Shown piece by piece: positions 26,899 through 36,559 of a stretch of DNA of 64,000 nucleotides. The position numbers and the translations under genes are program-made. The notes beneath the pieces were generated by a model. It worked only from the letters and a program-made list of their open reading frames with translations, ran no database searches and was not told the origin of the DNA. Source of the stretch: an uncultured Actinomycetes bacterium (lineage in GTDB: Bacteria; Actinomycetota; Thermoleophilia; Gaiellales; Gaiellaceae); the NCBI GenBank assembly GCA_963830035.1, contig CAWHKX010000004.1, forward strand, positions 412,860 through 476,859, in the 5' to 3' direction. How positions within the stretch are numbered: position 1 is the first letter of the stretch; the number at the start of each line of letters is the position of its first letter.

Positions 26899-27414
26899 GT
26901 GTGGGAAGAGATCGCGGCCGACGCGGCCTCCGAGAGCCCGCTCTGGGCTGACGCGCTGCTTCCGGTCGCGGAGCGTCGTCTTGAGCCGGTCTTCTCGCCC
27001 CTGGCTCCTCCGGAGCTCGGGCTCGGGCTGGAGACGATCTACGAGGGATATCTCGTGCACTACGGACGGTCACGGCTGTTCAGGTCGGCGCGAGCGGACA
27101 CCGCCCTGCTCCTCGGCGACTACCTGTACGCGCACGGGCTCGTCCGTGTCGCTGCGACCGGAAACGTCGCTGCAGTGCTGGATCTCTCCGAGCTCATCGC
27201 CATGTGCTCGCAGGTCAGAGCGGAGGGTCGCAGCGGCGACGGGATCGCCTGGGCAGCGACCGCGGCTCGCCTCGGGTCGGGAGGCCTCGACGCTGCGCGC
27301 GACGCGCTCAGGCTCGACACGAACCCGGCGCCGCTCGACGAGGCCGCACGCGAGTCTGCCGGTGCCGAGCCGGTCGAGCGCGCGCTCGCTGCACATGCCG
27401 TGTTGGTCGGCTAG
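26899..27414 (+). CDS. Hypothetical protein
   Basis: 171-aa ORF (GTG start) with normal, non-Arg-biased composition. No family recognised. Confidence 0.5.
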   Translation: MWEEIAADAASESPLWADALLPVAERRLEPVFSPLAPPELGLGLETIYEGYLVHYGRSRLFRSARADTALLLGDYLYAHGLVRVAATGNVAAVLDLSELIAMCSQVRAEGRSGDGIAWAATAARLGSGGLDAARDALRLDTNPAPLDEAARESAGAEPVERALAAHAVLVG

Positions 27415-27425
27415 AGTCGCGCCCG

Positions 27426-27584
27426 ATGAGCGGCCTCTATGCACCGGTCCTCGCGGACGCGGCCGAAGAGGGACTCAACATCATCCTCTCGATGCTCGTC
27501 GTCGGGCTCGTCTTTCTCGCGGTGATTCTCCTCGGCGACCTGAACGAGTGGTTCGCCCGCCGCCGCCACCGGCGCCACGGCTAG
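27426..27584 (+). CDS. Small single-pass membrane protein (hypothetical)
   Basis: 52 aa MSGLYAPVLADAAEEGLNIILSMLVVGLVFLAVILLGDL..RRRHRRHG inside ORF 27204..27584. Confidence 0.4.
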   Translation: MSGLYAPVLADAAEEGLNIILSMLVVGLVFLAVILLGDLNEWFARRRHRRHG

Positions 27585-27838
27585 GGCAGATCGGGAAAGC
27601 CTTCATGACGCGTCGCAAGTGCGGGTCGCTCACCGCGCGTGACGACAGGCGTCGACTCAGGCCTTCCTCGCTTGCGGCGAGCTGAAAACGCGTCGGCTGT
27701 TCGGCGCGACACGGGCGTGTGGGAGATCGTGCTCGCGACCCTGGAAGCGGAAATCGCTCCTCCGGAATGAAACGGGCTTGGTTGACATGTCTGAAGGTGA
27801 CATGCTCGCGGCGAGCACGATGGAGAACCAGGGGAGGG

Positions 27839-30800
27839 ATGAGCGCCGAGGACGAGGACGTGCCACAGCCGCACTCCTCGTCGCGCTGATTCTCGTCGGC
27901 GCGGGCTCCGGCGGGGCGGGAAGGTCGGCACGCGACGTCGACGTGGGTTTCCAGCAATTCACGATCTGGAAGACGAGAACCTCCATCCTCGCTGCCTACA
28001 GGTCAACTGGGCGCGCCACGAGTTCAGCAAGGGGACTGACCTTCTCGCTGGGTATGGAGGTCGGTTCAGCGCCGCCCGTCGGGGGGAGCACCCGAGCACC
28101 CGAAGGGGTCACGGTTCGGCACACTTTGCCCGCGGGACTGCGGTGGCGCGCCATCCCGCCCGAGCCCAGAACGACGGCGCGCGCAGTGTGGCCTCCATGG
28201 GGATAGGTCGATCTGAGCGTGCGCATCGGCGTGAACACCGGTGAGGTGATGGTGACTCTCGATGCGTCGCCGGAGAGCGGCGAGGCAGCCGTCCTGGGTG
28301 ATGCTGTGAGCCGGCGGCTCGCATCAAACGGCGGCGCTCGTGAACGGGGTGGCCGTCGGCGAGGGCACATACGAGCGACGAAGCTCGTATTCGAGTACGA
28401 GCCTCTCGAGCCGGTCACAGCAAAGGGAAAGTCTGCGCCGCTCGAGTTGTGGCGTGCTACCGGCGCGTGCGCGCTTCGGCTCGGACGTGATCCGCTCGAT
28501 GGCAAGTCCGCTCGTGGGCAGAGAGACCGATCTCCGCTCTGCGCGGTGACCTCGACAAGTCCGTTCGAGAGCGCTCGACGCAGCTCGTGACCGTTGTCGG
28601 CGAGCCCGGTCTCGGGAAGAGCCGATTGGTCGCTGAGCTGTTCGCCTACATCGACGAGCTCCCGGATCTCATCACCTGGCGGCAGGGCCGCTGCCTTCCG
28701 TATGGCGACGGAATCACGTTTCGGCCTTGGGCGAGACGTCAAGGCCGATGACGGGCATCTACGAGTCCGATTCGCCGGACGAAGCAGAGCGAAAGCTCGA
28801 CGTCGTTCTACCCGAGGGTGACGGAGCACCGAGTGGCTGCGCGCGAGGGTTCTCCCCTTGCTCGGAGTCGACTCGGGCGTCTCGGCTTCGAGGGAAGAGT
28901 CGTTCACGGCCTGGAGGCGTCTTCTCGAGGCGATGCGAAAGCGGGCCTTGCGTTCTCGTCTTCGAGGACGTCCATTGGGCGGACGAGGAGCTGCTCGCCT
29001 TCGTCGAGTACCTCGCGGATTGGGCGCACGGCGTGCCTTGCTTCTCGTCTGCACAGCTCGGCCCGAGCTGTACGAGCGACATCCGTCGTGGGCCGCGGGG
29101 CTCCGCAATGCGACGACCATCGCGCAGACCCCACTGTCGGAGGTCGAGACGGCTCAGCTCATCGCAGCGCTCCTCGACCAGGCGGTTCTCCCGGTCGAGA
29201 CGCAACGGCTAATCCTCGAGCGAGCCGGCGGGAATCCGCTCTACGCCGAGGAGTTCGTGAGGATGCTGCGCGATCGCGATCTCGTCGATACGCGCGGAAC
29301 GCTCCGTGTCGACGCGGAGGTGCGTTTCCGGACTCCATCCAGGCACTGATCGCCGCACGTCTCGACACGCTCGCGCCGGACCGAAAGGCGCTGCTCCAGG
29401 ACGCCTCCGTGGTCGGGAAGGTGCTTCTGGGCAGGTGCGATCTCGGCGATGAGCGGACACGACCTCGGGTCTGTCGAGCGGGCGCTCCACGAGCTCGCTC
29501 GCAAGGAGCTCATCCGTCCGGCGCGTCAGTCCTCCATGCGAGCCGAACAGGAGTTTGCGTTCTGGCACATCTTGGTGCGCGACGTTGCCTACGGGCAAAT
29601 CCGCGCGCTCAGCGGGCTGGGAAGCACGTCAAGGCGGCCACCTGGCTCGAGGAGAAGGCTCGGGATCGAATTGAAGATCTGGCGGACGTGCTCGCTGTAT
29701 CACACCGGCGAGGCACTGGCGCTCGCCGTGGCCGCCAACGACCGCGAAACGGCTGCGGTGCTTGCCCCATCCGCGCGCCGCTACGCGCTCCTCGCCGGGG
29801 AGCGGGCGCTGGGGCTCGACACGAAGAAGGCGTTGCCGCTGCTCGAAGAGGGCGCTCGAGCTCACCCCAGAGCAGGACAGCGAGTACGCCGTGGTGCAGG
29901 CGCGGTGGGCCATGGCCGCTCGCGACGCTGGGCGCGTACGCGAGGCCACAGCCGCCCTGGAGCGGGCAAGCTCGGTGTTCAGCGAGCGCGGTGAGTTCGC
30001 TTCGGCGGCGGAGGCGCTGATTGCGCTGTCGCTCACGATCCAATACGGCGGCGCGGATCGATCAGAAATCGCCACTGTGGAGGAGGCTGTCTCACTGGCG
30101 GAGAGGGCAGGCTCGAGCGCCGTGCTCGTAGAAGCACTCTCGAGGCTGGCGACGCTTCTCTGGCTTCGAGCCGACTACGACAGCGCCCTCGCCACCGCGC
30201 AGAGCGCGGTCGAGCTCGCGGAGGAGAGCGGCGGATCATCGGCAGTCGCGCGGAGTTGCCGAGGCCTCGTGCGGTGCGAGCTCGGCGATCGCGGCGGTGT
30301 CTCCGACATCGAGGAGGCTCTCGCCGAGCTGATTGCCGAAGGCAGGGGGAGAGAGGCGGCGATGCTCCAGAACAACCTCGGCTACGCGCGATGGGCGTAC
30401 GAAGGTCCTCGCATCGCACTCGGCGTGTTCGCCGGTGGAGCCGACTTCGCCACTCGCCGGGGCATTACGTCAATCGCGCAAGTTACCGCGTCCAGTCGTC
30501 TCAGCGCGTTGGTCGAGCTGGGTCTGCTCCACGACGCGGTTGCCGGTGCGGACGAGCTATTCGCGGCGCACGAGGGCGACCAGAACCTTCTAGAATATGG
30601 TTCCGCATCGGCAAGCCGCGCTCGAGCGCTGGCCGAGCTGGGAAGGACGGAGGAGGCACGCGGGAGCGCCGAGATCGCGCTGACTACGGCCCGACAGCTC
30701 GATCGGCTCGACGAGTTCGTCAATGCCGCTCTCGCGGGATCGATCGTCTACATCGACGTCGCGAGCTTCCGCGAAGCACGTCAGCTCCTCGACGAAGTCT

Positions 30801-31225
30801 TGCAGCTGCCCAACGTCAAAGCGTGCGCCGAGTACCCATATCGCGTGCCTGCGCTCGTCCGCGCTGCACTGGCGACGGGCGACTCGCGGCTCGCTCGAAC
30901 CTTCGCGGAAGGCGTCGACGCTGTGCTCCCCATCGGTGCGCATGCACTCGCCACGGCCTCGGCGCTCCTGGCGGAGGCGGACGGCGAACGTGTTGCGGCA
31001 GCCGAGCGTTTCGCGGACGCCGCATCACGTTGGAAAACCTTCGAAGGTCGGCTCGAGCAAGCCTACGCGCTCCTCGGCCGAGGGCGGTGTTTGTCTGAGG
31101 TCGGTGGCGCCGGCGCCGACGCACCTCTCCTTGAAGCGCGTGTGCTGTTCTCCGAGATGGGAGCACGGCCCTGCGTGGCCGAGTGCGACGCGCTGATTGC
31201 CCGCGCAAGCGCGATCGGATCGTAG
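27839..31225 (+). pseudogene. Second adenylate-cyclase / AAA-ATPase / TPR-like regulator gene, heavily decayed (in-frame stop and about 10 frameshifts); only the last 487 codons form one ORF
   Basis: Degenerate cyclase domain with TAG at 28204-28206 just before VDLSVRIGVNTGEVMV. Then, in alternating frames: PLVGRETDL, VTVVGEPGLGKSRLVAELF (Walker A), VLVFEDVHWADEELL (Walker B), RAGGNPLYAEEFVRML, LIAARLDTLAPDRKALLQDASVVGK, and the helical repeats of ORF 29762..31225. Confidence 0.75.
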
Positions 31226-31242
31226 GGACGGCTTGTGCGCGG

Positions 31243-31258
31243 TGTCACAGCGGTGACA
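31243..31258. promoter_or_regulatory. Perfect CRP/FNR-like dyad TGTCAC-AGCG-GTGACA (TGTCA-N6-TGACA) about 95 nt upstream of the small EVEG-repeat gene
   Basis: 16-bp perfect palindrome read directly. 5-6-5 geometry as in TGTGA-N6-TCACA sites. A second dyad TGTCGCT-N6-AGCGACA follows about 7 nt downstream. Confidence 0.35.
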
Positions 31259-31350
31259 GAATCGCTGTCGCTGCGGCGAGCGACAATGGGCTGTTCGCGG
31301 GAGAGACTGCAGCGGGCAGTCAACCACCACGAACAAGAAGGAGGAGCACC

Positions 31351-31680
31351 ATGACCGACAAGCAGAAAGAGCCGAAGGACGCCGAGGTCGAGGGGCAGGG
31401 CATCCGCTGGGAAGCGGATGACGGCGAGCCTTCGGACGCCGGCAGCGAAGTCGCCGAGGACGCGACTGAGCGCACAAGCCAGGTCGAGGGTCACCCGTGG
31501 AGATACGAGCCGACCAAGGACGTGGATGGGCAAAGCTTCAAGCTCAAGGGCGAGCTGGCCAAGGATGTCGAGGGCCACCCGCTCAAGTGGGGCGACAAGG
31601 CCGAGCCGGCCCAGGAGGTCGAGGGTCACCCGCTCAGGTTCGGCGACGAAGCCGAGCCGGCCGAGGACGTCTCCAAGTAG
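31351..31680 (+). CDS. Acidic 109-aa protein with five (E/D)V(E/D)G(H/Q) repeats; no family recognised
   Basis: ATG 31351 preceded by AAGGAGG. MTDKQKEPKDAEVEGQGIRWE..SQVEGHPWRYEP..DVDGQSFKLKG..DVEGHPLKWGD..EVEGHPLRFGD. Confidence 0.7.
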   Translation: MTDKQKEPKDAEVEGQGIRWEADDGEPSDAGSEVAEDATERTSQVEGHPWRYEPTKDVDGQSFKLKGELAKDVEGHPLKWGDKAEPAQEVEGHPLRFGDEAEPAEDVSK

Positions 31681-31809
31681 AACGCGCGAGGTCGAGGGAC
31701 AAGGGCGAAGTGGATCTAGCGTCCATGCGGGCGAGGGTTAGCGACGGGCGGTTTTCCGCCGCCCGTCGCCTTGAACCGAGACGCCCTCTGACCTAAAAGG
31801 GCTGGTCGT

Positions 31810-33480
31810 ATGCGGCGACTGCTCGATCGGCTCGGAACTCCCGTGACCGCTCTCCGCGGTCTCGCGGGCAATCGCGACCTTCGCCTTATCCAGCTCGCCT
31901 ACGCGGCTCGGAGGTCGGGAGCTGGATCGCCGTCGTCGCGCTGAGCGTCGTCTCCTTCTCCGACGGCGGTCTTACCGGTGTCGGGCTCGTGCTGGGGCTC
32001 AGAATGCTTGCGCCGACGCTGGCCGCTCCCTTCATGGGCGTGCTTGCGGACCGCCTCCCGAGGCGGCAGGTGATGATCGCCGCCGACCTCGTGCGGTTCG
32101 TTCTCGTCGGCCTCGCCGCCGTAATTGTCTGGGCAGACGGCCCGCTCCTCGTCGTCTACGCGATCACGAGCCTCGTCTCGGTTGCGACCACCGCCTTCCG
32201 CCCGGCGCAGGCGGCGCTCCTGCCGTCGCTGGCGCGGACGCCGGATAGACTGACTGCGTCAGCGATCTCATCGACCATCGAGAGCGTGATGTCGTTCGGC
32301 GGCCCGGCGCTCGGTGGAGTCATCGTCGCCAGCGCGGATGCCGGAACTGCGTTCGCAGTCACCGCAGCCATGTTCCTCTGGTCGGCTCTCCTGCTCCTCG
32401 GCGTCCACGAGCCGAAACGCCAGGCGCGCGAGGACGACGAAGCTCAGGAGGCGAGCGGCATCGTGGCCGAGCTGGGCGTGGGCGCTAGGACGCTTGTCGC
32501 CGACCGTCGGGTCGGATTGCTGGTCGGGCTGATCGGAGCGCAGGTGCTCGTGGCCGGCGCGTTCCTCGTGCTCGTCACGGGAGTAGCGTTCGAGACCCTC
32601 GAAGGCGGCGAGAAACAGCTCGGACTCCTGCTCTCGGCGCTCGGTGTGGGTGGTGTGCTCGGTGCCGGCGTCTCGCTCGGCCTCATCGGGTCACGTCTCA
32701 CAAGGAGCTTCGCGGTCGGGGTGGTTCTCTGGGGTGTCCCGATCGCGCTCCTCGCCATCTGGCAATCGTCCTTCGGCGCGTTCGTCCTCGTCGCCCTCGT
32801 CGGCTTCGCGAACACGCTCGTCGACGTGGCGGCGTTCACGCTTCTGCAGCGCGCGGTTCCGGACGACGTTCTCGCGCGCGTGTTCGGGATCCTCGAGAGC
32901 ATCATGTACGGGGCGACCGTGGCAGGTGCGCTCGCGGCTCCGGCGCTCATCGGAGTGGTCGGGCTCGACGCTTCGCTCGTCGTGACCGGTCTCTTCCTAC
33001 TCGTCGTTGTCGCCCTGACGTGGCCGTTGCTTCGCGGGCTCGACATCGCGCCGAAGCCCTCCGAGGAGACCCTCGCCCTGCTCGGCAGCGTTCCCTTCCT
33101 CGCGTCGGCTTCCGCCGACCGCGCTCGAGCATCTGGCCGGGGCACTCCGCTCGTCGAGGGTCGCTGGCGGCCAGGTCGTCTTCGAGGAAGGGGAAGCAGG
33201 CGATCGCTTCTATCTCGTCGCAGATGGCCGGGTCTCGGTGGCCGCAGACGGCCAGCTGATCCACGAGGGCGAGCGCGGGTACTTCTTCGGCGAGATCGCG
33301 CTGCTGCGGGACGAGCCCCGCATGGCGACCGTGACCGCGACGACCGACTTGGAGCTGCTCGCGCTCGAGCGCGACGAGTTCCTCGGCGCGGTCACGGGCT
33401 ACTCCGAGAGCTCCACGGCGGCGGATGCCGTGGTTGCGTCGCGGTTGCGTGCCTCCCGACCGGCGTTGCTCGAGCTGTAG
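31810..33480 (+). pseudogene. MFS transporter fused to a C-terminal cyclic-nucleotide-binding domain; two frameshifts (about 31900 and 33105)
   Basis: MRRLLDRLGTPVTALRGLAGNRDLRLIQLAYA (ATG 31810) in one frame. MFS body in ORF 31989... cNMP domain ..VVFEEGEAGDRFYLVADGRVSV..GYFFGEIALLRDEPRMATV in ORF 33238..33480. Confidence 0.7.
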
Positions 33481-33483
33481 AGA

Positions 33484-34134
33484 ATGTCGCCTGCGATGGA
33501 TGACCTCTTCCGAGCGGCTGCCGCCGCGGCGGCGCTGGGTACGGACGAGCGGCACGGCGCGTTGCTCCAATCGATCACCGATGTCGCCCGGGCGCTCTTT
33601 CGCGCAGAAGCGTCGACGATCTTCCTCCGTGATGAGCTCACGGACGAGCTCGTGTTCGCCGCGGTCTCGGGGACGGGCGAGAAGAGCCTCATCGGGTCGC
33701 GACTGCCGCCGAACACCGGCATTGCGGGTTGGACGCTGACGACGAAGCAGCCGCTCGCAATCGACGATCTCAAACGAGACCCGCGTTTCGCACACGACTC
33801 CGCCGAGTCGATCGGTTACGTGCCGAACGCGTTGATCGCCGTGCCCATCCTGCTCCAGGACACGGGCGTCGGCGTTCTGGAAGTGCTCGACCCGAATCTC
33901 GGTCGTACCGTGGGCCAGGGTGACCTCGCGCTGCTGGGGCTCTTCGCGGAGCAGGCGGCGATCGCGCTCGACATTGTGCGGCACGCGCGAGAGGCGCAGA
34001 GCGCACTCGACGGGCTGGAGGGGCCGGCCGCCAGCGCCGCACGTCTGGCGTCACTCGTTTCGGACCGCGACGACGCCGTCGCTTGGACGCGCGCTCTCGA
34101 TGCTCTTTCCGACGCTCTCGGGGGAGATCGCTGA
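33484..34134 (+). CDS. GAF-domain protein
   Basis: Intact 216-aa ORF. ..ASTIFLRDELTDELVFAAVSG..GIAGWTLTTKQPLAIDDL..PRF..ALIAVPIL..GVLEVLD. Confidence 0.8.
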   Translation: MSPAMDDLFRAAAAAAALGTDERHGALLQSITDVARALFRAEASTIFLRDELTDELVFAAVSGTGEKSLIGSRLPPNTGIAGWTLTTKQPLAIDDLKRDPRFAHDSAESIGYVPNALIAVPILLQDTGVGVLEVLDPNLGRTVGQGDLALLGLFAEQAAIALDIVRHAREAQSALDGLEGPAASAARLASLVSDRDDAVAWTRALDALSDALGGDR

Positions 34135-34993
34135 CAGCGGACGAGACGACTGGGTGGGCGCACGACGTCCTGCCCGCCTGGGGTCTGACGGCGGGCGAGG
34201 GAGAAGCCCTCACCCCGAGCCACTCCGGGAGCCGTTACCAGGGAATGGGCGTTCGGCGGAGCTACGGGAAAGGGAGTTCGCGTCTGCATCCTCGACTCCG
34301 GGATCGACACCGGACATCCCCTGGTCGGTGACGTCGAGCGCTCCGTGACGGTGCTCGAGGACGACGAGCGGCCGGTGATCGTGGACGATGACGAGGGAGA
34401 TGTCAGCGGCCACGGAACGGCCTGTGCGGGGATCATCCGCTCGCTCGCTCCGGAGGTGACCCTGGGCAGCGCGCGAGTGCTCGGGTCGGACGTGAACGGG
34501 CGCTTCGCAACCCTTGAGGCCGGCATCGCGTGGGCGATCGAAGACCGCTGGGACATCGTCAACCTGAGCCTGTCCGTACGCAGCCGCGAGTTCGCGCTCG
34601 ACCTCGCGGAGCTCGCGGATCGAGCGTCGCACGCGGGCACGGTGCTCGTCTGCTCCGCCCACAACCTGCCTGTGGAGAGCTATCCATGGCGCTTCGCCTC
34701 CGTCGTGTCGGTGGGAAGCCACGATGCGGACGACCGGAGCTCCTCTACTACAACCCGAACCGCCCGTGGAGTTCTATGCGCGCGGCGTCAACGTGCCCAT
34801 CGCGTGGCCGGGTGGCGGAACTGCGACGGCAACCGGGAACAGCTTCGCGGCGCCGCACGTCAGCGGGTTTCTGGCGCTCATCCGCTCGAAGCATCCGGCC
34901 TGACGCCTTCGACCTCAAGGCGGTCCTCATCGAGTGGCCGCGAACGTACGCGACGATCTCGTCGAGGAGTCGGCGTACCGTGCGCCTCTGTGA
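34131..34993 (+). pseudogene. Subtilisin-like serine peptidase (S8), about 5 frameshifts
   Basis: Catalytic triad segments lie in different frames: GKGVRVCILDSGID (Asp), DVSGHGTACAG (His), GNSFAAPHVSGFLALIRS (Ser). A possible CTG start at 34131 sits in a CTGA overlap with the GAF stop. The reconstructed stop is TGA 34991-34993. Confidence 0.7.
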
Positions 34994-34996
34994 CCG

Positions 34997-35513
34997 CTAT
35001 CCGTTGAATCTCGAGGCTTGGCCCTCGACTTCGCCGGCTCGAACTTGACCAGAGTCGCGGCCCCCTCGACCTCGGGCGCGAACGTGACCTTGAGGCCGCG
35101 CTCCTCGACCTCCACGTGCGGCCTCCAGTTGACGCGAGCGCCTGGCCCTCGATCTCGGCGGGGGGCTCGCAACTGATCCTTACTCCATGACCCTCGACCT
35201 CGGACACGGGCTCGAGCCTGATCTTGCTCGCATGCCACACCTCGGCATCGGGCTCGAACCTGACCTTGCTTACCTGCCCCTCGACTTCGGCAGGCGGCTC
35301 GGCCTTGATCTTGAAACCCTGGCCCTCGACCTCGGCCGGCTCGAACTTGATCCTGAGGCTCGCGCCCTCGACCTCGGTGGGCTCGAACCTGACCTTTGAG
35401 AACTGCCCCTCGACCTCCGCCACCTCGAACCTGATCTTCACAACATGGCCCTCGACCTCGAACCTGACCTTGGACGCGTGGCCTTCGACCTCGAACGTGT
35501 GCTCCTCGCCCAT
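34997..35513 (-). pseudogene. Tandem-repeat protein: about 12 units of FEPxEVEG(H/Q)xxK(V/I)(R/K); two frameshifts in the last third
   Basis: ATG 35513 preceded by GAGGAGG. MGEEHT FEVEGHASKVR FEVEGHVVKIR FEVAEVEGQFSKVR FEPTEVEGASLRIK FEPAEVEGQGFKIK AEPPAEVEGQVSKVR FEPDAEVWHASKIR LEPVSEVEGHGVRIS CEPPAEIEGQ. The repeats then continue in other frames (..HVEVEERGLKVT FAPEVEGAATLVK FEPA / EVEGQASRFNG-TAG 34997). The uninterrupted frame (to 34878) turns into Arg/Ser-rich junk. Confidence 0.65.
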
Positions 35514-35602
35514 CGGGATGCCTCCTCTGCCCGTTGCCGCTACGCGCCGCTGAGTCTGGATGCCGCGGCGTGATGTGTCCAGCCCACTGGCGACAGCGCT
35601 TG

Positions 35603-35618
35603 TGTCACCGCGGGCACA
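35603..35618. promoter_or_regulatory. Imperfect copy of the dyad, TGTCAC-CGCG-GGCACA, between the EVEG-repeat gene and the second crp-like gene
   Basis: The left half and the spacing are identical to 31243-31258. The right half has 2 mismatches. It lies 90 nt upstream of ATG 35513 (minus strand) and 18 nt upstream of ATG 35636 (plus strand). Confidence 0.25.
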
Positions 35619-35635
35619 CTTCGTAGGCCTGCGCA

Positions 35636-36292
35636 ATGGAGTTCGAGGTGTTCAGGGATGTTCCGGCCGACCACGTTCGCGAGCTTCTCTCGATCGCGCG
35701 GCGGCGCAGGTTCAAGCGCGAGGAGGTCGTCTTCCACCATGGAGACCCGCGGACTCCCTGCAGCTGATCGTCAAGGGGCACTTCGCTTCGAAGCTTGTAA
35801 CCCCGCTCGGGCAGTCGGCGATGATCGCAGTCCACGGGCCGGGCGATGCGTTCGGCGAGCTGGCTCTGCTGGCCACGGGATCGCGCCGGTCGGCGACCGT
35901 CTCCGCGCTCGAGGACGCCGAGACGTTCAGCGTCGTCCGGGACGAGTTCTTCCGCCTCAGCGCGCGACATCCGGGCGTGAAGGACTGCCTGCTCGCGGTA
36001 CTGGCCGAGCAGATCCGTCGAGCCAACGAGCGGATCATGGTCGCGCTTACTGCGACGCGGACGAGCGCGTTCGCTGGGCGCTCCTCAGCTCGCTCGGGCG
36101 TACGGCGGCGAGGACATCGCGATCCCGCTTACGCGGAGCAGCTGGCCGAATACGCCGGCACCGCTCGCGGGCCCTCACCGCGTCCTGCAGGAGGAGGCGG
36201 CGCGCGGGGCCATCACCCTCGAGCGCGGTCGCGTGCGCGTTGTCGCGCTTGGCGAGCTCCGAACGCCGTGTCGCAGCGTGCCGCGCCTCTGA
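35636..36292 (+). pseudogene. Second Crp/Fnr-family regulator, paralog of 2515..3178; at least 3 frameshifts
   Basis: MEFEVFRDVPADHVRELLSIARRRRFKREEVVFH.. / ..LIVKGHFASKLVTPLGQSAMIAVHGPGDAFGELALLATGSRRSATVSALED..HPGVKDCLLAVLAEQIRRANERI.. / ..ERGRVRVVALGEL.. lie in three frames. Confidence 0.65.
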
Positions 36293-36374
36293 GAGGCGAG
36301 CCGACCTACCCTCCGGAACCGTCACCTTTTCTGTCACCGACGTCGAGGGCTCGACCAAGCTCGTGGAGGAGTGA
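36291..36374 (+). pseudogene. 27-codon N-terminal stub of a third cyclase/ATPase-type regulator
   Basis: ..DLPSGTVTFSVTDVEGSTKLVEE-TGA matches the characteristic N-terminus (PSGTVTFLFTD.EGST) of this regulator class. Nothing homologous follows. Confidence 0.4.
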
Positions 36375-36559
36375 CGTCCGTGTGTGCGTGTCCGGGACGA
36401 ACACTCTTGCCGCGATACAAACGTGCGAGAACCGCTTCAATATCGCATGCACGCTCCCCTGGCGCGGCCGAGGGATGCGTGAGCGGAGTGTCCTTGACTG
36501 GCGCAAAGCCGCCTGCACGTCGACACGGAGCGTTAGCGTAGCGCTCGGCGAGACGACTT

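Noticed and set aside
27585-27838. 250-bp apparently non-coding stretch upstream of the cyclase pseudogene, with direct TGACATG repeats at 27783 and 27799; considered as a riboswitch, sRNA or operator
   Set aside because: I could not match it to any riboswitch consensus I know. The repeats are short and the downstream gene is dead. Nothing supportable.
36375-36559. Lower-GC gap with minus ORF 36306..36518 between the cyclase stub and ubiD
   Set aside because: The ORF has no start context or recognisable motif. The region is best seen as the remnant left by the deletion that truncated the cyclase-type gene.
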